From an uncultured delta proteobacterium (GTDB lineage Bacteria > Desulfobacterota > Syntrophobacteria > Syntrophobacterales > Syntrophobacteraceae), in contig CAWEHK010000001.1 in NCBI GenBank assembly GCA_963808625.1, forward strand, positions 1 through 51,398: a stretch of 51,398 nucleotides of DNA, given 5' to 3'. Under the pieces are notes generated by a model, which worked only from the letters and a program-made list of their open reading frames with translations, made no database searches and had not been told where the DNA came from. A program made the position numbers and the translations under genes. This document shows, in pieces, positions 45,083-51,398 of this stretch. Each line of letters begins with the position of its first letter. The stretch's first letter is position 1.

Positions 45083-45827
45083 GTGACCAATCTTAATTGC
45101 GCCGCCTGTCGGCGCCGCAGGTGAGGCCGCGAAATTCCGGCTGGCATCAAGGATCCGACAGATCTGATCATAATATGCTGACCCCTCGAGCGCTTGCCTG
45201 TTTGGGAAAGTTCTTGCCGGATATTCCGATACTCGACCAAAATCGCGTTATCGGAAATCGGGACCGGAGAACCGGAAGGGCCAATATAGGGCTTGGTATA
45301 TAGGGGGCTACGCTTTCGGGATCGTGGGTGGGGAAACTGCCCCAAAGGCAGAGATGGTTGACGACACCGTCCTGCGCGTCAGCCGCCGGGAAAAAGCCTC
45401 AAGAACCCAAAGGGGCAAGAAAGCAATGGGGGAGTGGCACACTCACAAGTAGTCGCAGTCCACGCTGCCTCTATGCCTCGGTGAGCACTTTCGATTCGGA
45501 GCAGAGGATGACAGGTCCTGCACTCTTCCGTTTCCACACTCCCTCACGGTGAGCGGCGTCATAGATCATTTATTCATCAGGAAAGGTATTGGCCAGCCTC
45601 TCGATGGTCCGCAGTTCATCCGCAGTGAGTGGCTCCGCGGTGCTCTCGTCCGCTCGTTGAATTCATCCACCAAATCTCGGTAGTTGTTCAGCTGAGGCCC
45701 GTCTGGGAGTGCCGCACAGGTTGCCCCTGTCATGCTGCGCCCCAGATTTCCGGTATAAGGGCCTCGGCGCCGACCTCAACGCGCACGAAGAAAGGGAAAT
45801 CCGGGCACGGGTGAGAATCCAGTGCCA

Positions 45828-47249
45828 TCAAACAGGGAACCTTTCAAAAGCCTTGGCTGACAGGTCGGTTCTCAACAGACCGGGGAACACCTCGTTGTAG
45901 AGCTCGAGGCACCACTTTTGAATCATCGCACTCCGCTCTTCCGTGATGGATCCTGTTCCTTCAAGGTATTCAGCAAACCAGTACAGGGAATTCAGGGAAA
46001 CGATGGCAGCGGTGCTGTCCAGGAAGATGAAAGACTTGCAGGTTCTGGCAATGGTCGTTTCGATCTTGTCTTTGGTGAAAATAAACGTCTCCTTGGGGCG
46101 CCTTCCTTCCGGAATGACATTGACGAGATACCTGTAGACCATTTTTCTGTAGAAGTCCGCCGCCAACCAATCCTTCCCCTTGCGTTCATGGAGGAATCCC
46201 ATGAAGTTGAGGCTCACTTGATAGTATCGATCGATTACTTTGCTCCTGGTTTTGCAGTCGTCACTATTCCAGCCCTTTCGGCTGTTCAGAATGAGCTCGA
46301 AATGCTGCCTCAGGAAATCGGGCTGATAGAGCTCGTCTTTTAGGGGGATCCTTATGGTCCTTAGTCTGGAAGCCAGTTCCTCCAGGTCGGCATGAGTGAA
46401 ATCAGGCTTCAGGAAAGGAGCCATGTATGCCATGACCAGGATGTCGATGAGCTCGTCTCCTCCAAAGATTTCCGGACATGTACATACATCGTAATAGACG
46501 TCTTGGACCAGGTCGGTTACCATCTCCTGGCAATTGTTCGCCATCATGAATTCGATGGTTTTGAAGAGGTTGTCCGGATCGTGTTCGGGATACTCTTTGA
46601 AGTAGCTCAGAAAGTTCGCTGCCTCGTCTTTGCGACCGATGGTGATTTTGTGACTGATGATGTCACGATCATAGTAGCCGAAGCTCTTAAGATAGGAATC
46701 GGCGAACTGGCTCCGCATTTTCAATAGAAGATCGATATACTCAGAGCTCCTGCCTTCCTTGACATAGTCGGCGCCTAGCTCGAACAACACCTCCATATGC
46801 AATTCAAGATTCGGAACGAGTTTGGGATGGTCACGCAGGAAGTCCTCAAGATGTTGCCTGATCTCCCCAATCTCGTGCATTTTCTTGTACTTTTCCCACC
46901 ACTTATCGACGATCTCCTCTTCTGCATCGCTGATCCGGGGGCTCTCCTCCGGCACTCTTTTGCGCGGCCTGCTTTCCGCTTTCGAGTCCTCAGAGGTCTT
47001 ATCCATTTCCTCTTCCTCGTCCATCTCGTCTAGTTCATCACCGTAGAGCTCATCTTCGGATTCCTCCTCATCGAGTGCGTCTTCGAAAAGATCCTCGTCT
47101 TCTTCAGGTTGTCTCTTTGCTTGAAGCTGTCTCCTCTCTTGATCCTCCAGGCGGGATCGTCTCGCTTCCTCATCTTTGGCGAGACAACACTTCTTATACT
47201 TCTTGCCGCTCCCACAAGGGCAGGGTGCATTTCTTCCTATTTTCGCCAT
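45828..47249 (-). CDS. SEC-C motif protein with an acidic linker and unknown helical domain
   Basis: KIGRNAPCPCGSGKKYKKCC at the N-terminus. Confidence 0.85.
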   Translation of the reverse strand: MAKIGRNAPCPCGSGKKYKKCCLAKDEEARRSRLEDQERRQLQAKRQPEEDEDLFEDALDEEESEDELYGDELDEMDEEEEMDKTSEDSKAESRPRKRVPEESPRISDAEEEIVDKWWEKYKKMHEIGEIRQHLEDFLRDHPKLVPNLELHMEVLFELGADYVKEGRSSEYIDLLLKMRSQFADSYLKSFGYYDRDIISHKITIGRKDEAANFLSYFKEYPEHDPDNLFKTIEFMMANNCQEMVTDLVQDVYYDVCTCPEIFGGDELIDILVMAYMAPFLKPDFTHADLEELASRLRTIRIPLKDELYQPDFLRQHFELILNSRKGWNSDDCKTRSKVIDRYYQVSLNFMGFLHERKGKDWLAADFYRKMVYRYLVNVIPEGRRPKETFIFTKDKIETTIARTCKSFIFLDSTAAIVSLNSLYWFAEYLEGTGSITEERSAMIQKWCLELYNEVFPGLLRTDLSAKAFERFPV

Positions 47250-47499
47250 ATTCCGATCCTTTACTCGCAAGGTGACAGTTCCAGGCCCTCTTGAAAGAGC
47301 CTTGCCGCATTCGGTCCAAATCCGCTCATTTTCGATTACGACAGGAAGGCTCCTGCATCAAGAACAAATTGGCAGGCAGCCCCTGCATTGGCACTACCAA
47401 ACACATCCGTTTTACCCTCGCTCAAACTCGTCAAATATGACCACAACCGGTGTCCGAATCCTACTCCTGAGCACAGCGCTACGCAAGGGTCTTGGTCGG

Positions 47500-47620
47500 C
47501 GTATTCGATGCACCTTTCCTCATAGCGGTCACTGCCGCAGAAATTACAGCGTTTCGTTTTCATTGAGGCGTTTCTCCTCGGGTCCATGGGTCGATGAATT
47601 TCGGAAGACCGGGTACTCGC
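47500..47620 (-). pseudogene. DUF4258 toxin tail + YgiT-type zinc-finger start (TA remnant)
   Basis: ...VPGLPKFIDPWTRGETPQ* overlapping MKTKRCNFCGSDRYEERCIEY. Confidence 0.5.
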
Positions 47621-47839
47621 GATTGCCCGAATCCCGGACTCGCAGGGATTAGGGGGATCGTCAATGCTGTGAAGTAAGCGAGGAACGGAGAGATCTCCGG
47701 GTGTAGATCAAAAGTGGGAGTAAGCATCGCACCTAAGGTTTCTCCTGAGCCACAGCGTTATTCCGGCGATGGTTCCAGCCGAATACCAGAGCTACTTCAA
47801 ACTGGACGAGCACGTTCCGGGATTCCGGCATTAAAGCGT

Positions 47840-48010
47840 GCCCTGAAAGGACTCAAGATCTGCGCAGGTGCAGGCAATGCCACCTTGTTGGGTTCAGATT
47901 CGTCACAGCTCTATACCCTGAAAGGTTGGATAAATCGTCACCTCAAGAGTCCCAGTAATCACTCTTGGAGGGTATACAATGCTTTTACTCTGCCTCCCCA
48001 GGGTGGCGTA
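47840..48010. repeat. Degenerate CCCTGAAAGG element related to 23669-23891
   Basis: CCCTGAAAGG twice, GCCACC, CCCAGGGTGGCG. Confidence 0.65.
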
Positions 48011-48048
48011 CCACTGACGGTGGATAAATAATGGAAATTCCTATAAGA

Positions 48049-48210
48049 TTGAATTAAGCCGAGGACACGGAGTGCGGGAGACGCGGTGACACGGTGACGC
48101 CAAGGTGAGAGCGACTAATTCTGTTGCAGGACGCGGGTGTACAGCCTCATCAGTGAGTCTCCCCTTCTCCGTGTCTCCCTGTCCCCGCGTCTCCGCGTCA
48201 CTAATTCAAC
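48049..48210. repeat. Converging 8-bp GG(A/T)GAC(A/G)C arrays in a TTGAATTA/TAATTCAA shell
   Basis: Directly visible; same unit as 23441-23993. Confidence 0.8.
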
Positions 48211-48421
48211 AACATTGAGGGGGATCGTTGGGCATGCAGCAGCCAATCGAGGTGCCAACCGCCGAAGGCGGAGGGCGCGACGTGACTACCAGGACGAAAG
48301 TTTTGTGATCTGTCACCGCGAAATGTGGCGATAACTTAACAGATCCTGTACCTTCAAGAGGGGATCGTTCGTCGTTGATATCCTATGGATATTTTGCCAG
48401 AAGGTGGATTCTGACCAGAGA

Positions 48422-48494
48422 GACCTCGCATGAAAAGCATGATTTGGAAACGTTGAAGATTTCAGTGCCTCATTTTTCAACAAGGAGGAGAGAT
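48422..48494. repeat. About 73-bp direct repeat, copy A (copy B at 50567-50639)
   Basis: GACCTCGCATRAAAAGYATGATTTGGAAACGTTGARGATTTCAGYGCCTCATTTTTYAACAAGGA. Confidence 0.85.
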
Positions 48495-48568
48495 ATCTCA
48501 TCAAATCGACGGGTTGCTTCCCCACAGTACAATACAAGGCAGCTGTACGTGGAGCTTCCCTTTTTCCA

Positions 48569-48672
48569 GCCGAACATCAGGGTTAAGCGCAGGGCAACCA
48601 CGCAGGAAGTAATTCCGTAACACCGATAAACTTGCCGCGTGGTTGCTCTTCCGCTTGAGCCGTTCATTGGGG
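48569..48672 (-). other. attC site downstream of the RelE cassette
   Basis: Minus strand CCCCAAT...AAGCG-GAAGA-GCAACCACGC...GCGTGGTTGC-CCTG-CGCTT...GTTCGGC. Confidence 0.7.
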
Positions 48673-48701
48673 GAACCAGCATTGAGCTAACCGAGGCTTC
48701 T

Positions 48702-49097
48702 TCAATTATCGTCGGGTTCAGGTACCGTGTCGTCTACAGCAAAGTCTTGCGTCTCGCATTCTGAGATAATGCGCCGGATCTCTGCTGGTGTGATATCCGA
48801 TTGTTCGGTCTTTGAATAGATGGTGATCAAAACGATAGAACCATTACTGGAACAAGAATAGATAATCCGATAGCCACCACTCTTGCCTTTGGCTGCATCT
48901 GAGTTCTTGGCTCGGGTCTTGAAAACCTCATATCGGATACCTGGAATTTGGTCTCCTGGCGTTCTTCCCTGGGTTAAATCCTCGATGACCGGCTGCACAT
49001 CGGATTTTATGCGTCGATATTTCTTGGCCAGCTGTCGAAGATTGCGCTTGAACTCCGGAGTGTAAACGATCTCAGATGCTTGAGGATTATTGGGCAT
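48702..49097 (-). CDS. RelE/ParE-superfamily toxin
   Basis: YTPEFKRNLRQLAKKY...GDQIPG...KGKSGGYRIIY...ITIYSKTEQSDI. Confidence 0.88.
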   Translation of the reverse strand: MPNNPQASEIVYTPEFKRNLRQLAKKYRRIKSDVQPVIEDLTQGRTPGDQIPGIRYEVFKTRAKNSDAAKGKSGGYRIIYSCSSNGSIVLITIYSKTEQSDITPAEIRRIISECETQDFAVDDTVPEPDDN

Positions 49098-49305
49098 CAA
49101 TGCCGTCCCATAAATCTTCCACGGGAGAGGTGATGCCGCTTTGAGCTTCACACCAACCCTGCCGGAAGCTGTCCGCAGCCGGCTTCAGTGTAACACTCTC
49201 CCGGAAAGCACGCATCATTTGCAGAAGAAATGGTAGATATTCTTCCGGCAATGCATCTATTTCCGCAAGTAGTCTATCTCGGCAAATCTTGGTTGCAGCG
49301 ATCAT
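49087..49305 (-). CDS. Cognate antitoxin
   Basis: AGGAGG RBS; EIDALPEEYL...SFRQGWCEAQSG...EDLWDGID; overlaps the toxin start. Confidence 0.8.
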   Translation of the reverse strand: MIAATKICRDRLLAEIDALPEEYLPFLLQMMRAFRESVTLKPAADSFRQGWCEAQSGITSPVEDLWDGIDAQ

Positions 49306-49415
49306 ATAAAGCCTCCTTTGATCCAACTATAGCACGGTAGAATGCATTATGGTACCTCTATTGGCGGTACCACATAGCGTGCAGTGTTAAGCCGCTGTCG
49401 AACCCTGGAAGAGTT

Positions 49416-49437
49416 GCCCAACGCCAAGAATCAGCGG
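49416..49437 (-). other. attC 3' half-site preceding the TA cassette
   Basis: Minus strand CCGCTGATTCTTGGCGTTGGGC. Confidence 0.6.
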
Positions 49438-49444
49438 TGACGGG

Positions 49445-50224
49445 TCAAGGAATGGAGGGCGTGGAAGACCCTCTGTCAGCACCATTCGGCGGGAGCGCAG
49501 GGGTACTTGCGGTCGAGGGCCGTCGGCGTCCCAACACGGCCCCACCCTTGGGCCAGGTCGCGCTCATGAATCGCCTTGACCTTCTTGAGGGGGTCCTGAA
49601 GGGGGGCTTGAGTGATACGGGTAGCCTCGTGACCCGGTCTTTCGCTCCCTTGCCGTCGCGCACCAGAATCTCGTTACGGGAGAAGTCAATGTCCTGCACG
49701 CGCAGGCGCATGCATTCCATCAGGCGCAGCCCCGCGCCATACATCAGAGACGCCATCAGCGATTTGTCCCCGGTCGAGCTCGCCGGCACGCCTTTCACCT
49801 CATCGAGGGTCATCACCACGGGCAGGCGGGCAGGTTTGCGGGCACGGTTGACTTCGCCCAAGTCGCCAACCTGGCGTCCGATAACATGCCGGTAAAGGAA
49901 GAGCAATGCCGAAAGGGCCCGGTTTTGCGTCGAGGCGCTAACCTTCTCCTTGACAGCCGGATGGGTGAGGAAGGCGTTGGTTTCCGGCTCGGCCATCTCC
50001 GCCGGGTGACGAACGTGGTGAAAGAAGATGAACCGTCTCACCCAGCGGCAATAGGCCTGTTCGGTGCGTCGACGGTAGTGGCGTGATCGGGGTGCCTCAT
50101 GAAGTTGGTCCGTCAGCTTCGGCATGCGAGCGGGGACCGCTGGGGCGTTCTGCCCTGGTGGTCGGGAAGCGGCTTTTCCTGCAAGAGATGGACGCAATTG
50201 GAGTTTCTGTTCGCCTGTCGTCAT
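49445..50224 (-). pseudogene. intI: Integron integrase, C-terminally truncated and degraded
   Basis: RHYRRRTEQAYCRWV, VSASTQNRALSALLFLY, LMYGAGLRLMECMRLRVQDIDF, RDGKGAKDR. A shifted frame gives the IntI patch ALDRKYP with a stop; the HxxRH and Tyr motifs are absent. Confidence 0.9.
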
Positions 50225-50288
50225 CCTTCGCTCCCGCCGGTAAAAGGGAACTGGACCAAATCAACCTATGCTTTTGAAGCGGGCCAAT

Positions 50289-50427
50289 TATACTTACGAA
50301 GGTTCAAAAGCTTATTTTCGCGCGGAGACGCAAAGGACGCAGAGTCTTGTGCCAACGGCATTTCTCCGCGATCTCCGCGTCTCTGCGTGAGGCAAAAATG
50401 CTAACTTCTCAAGCTAAAATAAGTATA
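50289..50427. mobile_element. MITE family M4 (TATACTTA/TAAGTATA shell, CGCGGAG/CGCAGAG arrays)
   Basis: Homologous to 40715-40810. Confidence 0.75.
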
Positions 50428-50566
50428 GCCATATCTTGATTCGCAAGCATGAATTAGTGCCCGGAGGATACGATTAGATCTGAGTGGTGTCAATCAGGAG
50501 ACAGGCTGAAAGTCGACTCTGGCAACCTCACCATTTGCTTGCCGCAAGGTGGCATCTAACCTGACG

Positions 50567-50639
50567 GACCTCGCATAAAAAGTATGATTTGGAAACGTTG
50601 AGGATTTCAGCGCCTCATTTTTTAACAAGGAAGAGAGAT
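50567..50639. repeat. About 73-bp direct repeat, copy B
   Basis: Matches 48422-48494 with a few differences. Confidence 0.85.
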
Positions 50640-50865
50640 GTGCTGGCTTTTCAACGATGGATGCCCCTGCACAAGGGATACTCGACGATGGAAACCATCT
50701 GAGAGCTCTCCGACGGTGAATTCAGCATCCGTAGATCCAGTGTTTTCGAACCGGACAAGAGGCGCAAAAAGCTGGATTCCGGCCCAGAAGCACCGCCGGA
50801 ATGACGAAACAGACGACCGTCCCTTCCTCTGGACAAACGGGGTATGCTCCCGAGCCGGGTGCCGT

Positions 50866-51258
50866 TTATGATTCAAGCGCGTCGGGCGCAAGCTTCCAAA
50901 TTCTACCATCCTTTATGGCCAATCCCTTCTTTTCGAGTTCAGGCGCTAACCGGCGGATTCGGCTTTCGCTAAGTCCTTTCTTCTTCGCAAGGCTCTGTGG
51001 GGTTTCAGTGAAACGCATTCTCGCTATATAATAGTCGTAATACTTTGAGAGGTAGCGGTCTTCCAGGGCCTCTGAGAGGACGTCTAATTTCTTTCCGTTG
51101 ACCAGTATTTCTCGGTAGCCTGAATGCAAAGCGTGAATGAGGATAGCGCGAAGTGTTTCTATCCCAGTTAGTTGCTCATCTCCGTCAAAACCTTCACCCG
51201 TCACATGTTGGTATGCGTTGGAACTATCTGTCCAGATTCTGTACTCCTTTAGCGCCAT
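50866..51258 (-). CDS. Hypothetical protein with a C-terminal HTH-like segment
   Basis: GGAG RBS; TPQSLAKKKGLSESRIRRLA...AIKDGRIWKL. Confidence 0.6.
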   Translation of the reverse strand: MALKEYRIWTDSSNAYQHVTGEGFDGDEQLTGIETLRAILIHALHSGYREILVNGKKLDVLSEALEDRYLSKYYDYYIARMRFTETPQSLAKKKGLSESRIRRLAPELEKKGLAIKDGRIWKLAPDALES

Positions 51259-51279
51259 AGAGGACTCCCGGTGAATGAT

Positions 51280-51398
51280 ATAGTTGTCTCTGAATTTGTC
51301 TCTGTTGATCCAGCCGCACTGGCCCTTTTCTCCTCCAGCGGAAAGCGCTTCCCCAAAATAGTCGATTTCTTCTTGCGTCTCACAATTAACGACAAACC
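51280..51398 (-). pseudogene. VOC/PhnB-family fragment
   Basis: Hand translation FVVNCETQEEIDYFGEALSAGGEKGQCGWI..DKF, then divergence. Confidence 0.7.

Overview
This 51.4-kb bacterial segment has gene content and repeats resembling anaerobic Desulfobacterota (Syntrophobacteria-like); the taxon is inferred. Many genes carry frameshifts that look like uncorrected long-read errors. 1-13 kb is an accessory/defence region: ilvB, a degenerate attC cassette array with a DUF2281-PemK TA pair, an intact IS1634, and two copies of an AAA-DUF4143 ATPase gene flanking radC, a fused REase-MTase plus S subunit, and DUF4160-DUF2442. 13-19 kb holds an nhaB remnant, nhaA, a ZnuA-like protein, an MFS transporter and a rhodanese-YceI fusion. 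19-45 kb is a peptide/amino-acid catabolic region: Dpp ABC transporter, class-III omega-aminotransferase, ALDH7/Pcd-type dehydrogenase, 2-oxoacid:ferredoxin oxidoreductase, glutaryl-CoA dehydrogenase, a GluR0-like ligand-gated K+ channel, a Liv-type ABC transporter and a C69 dipeptidase. Together these suggest an anaerobic, ferredoxin-linked lysine/2-aminoadipate route (inference). 45-51 kb holds a SEC-C protein, TA remnants, an attC-bounded RelE cassette and a truncated integron integrase. Most intergenic gaps contain small non-autonomous elements made of terminal inverted repeat (TIR) shells that often start at a stop codon, with apparently interchangeable cores (REP-like hairpins or converging 7/8/9-bp tandem arrays).
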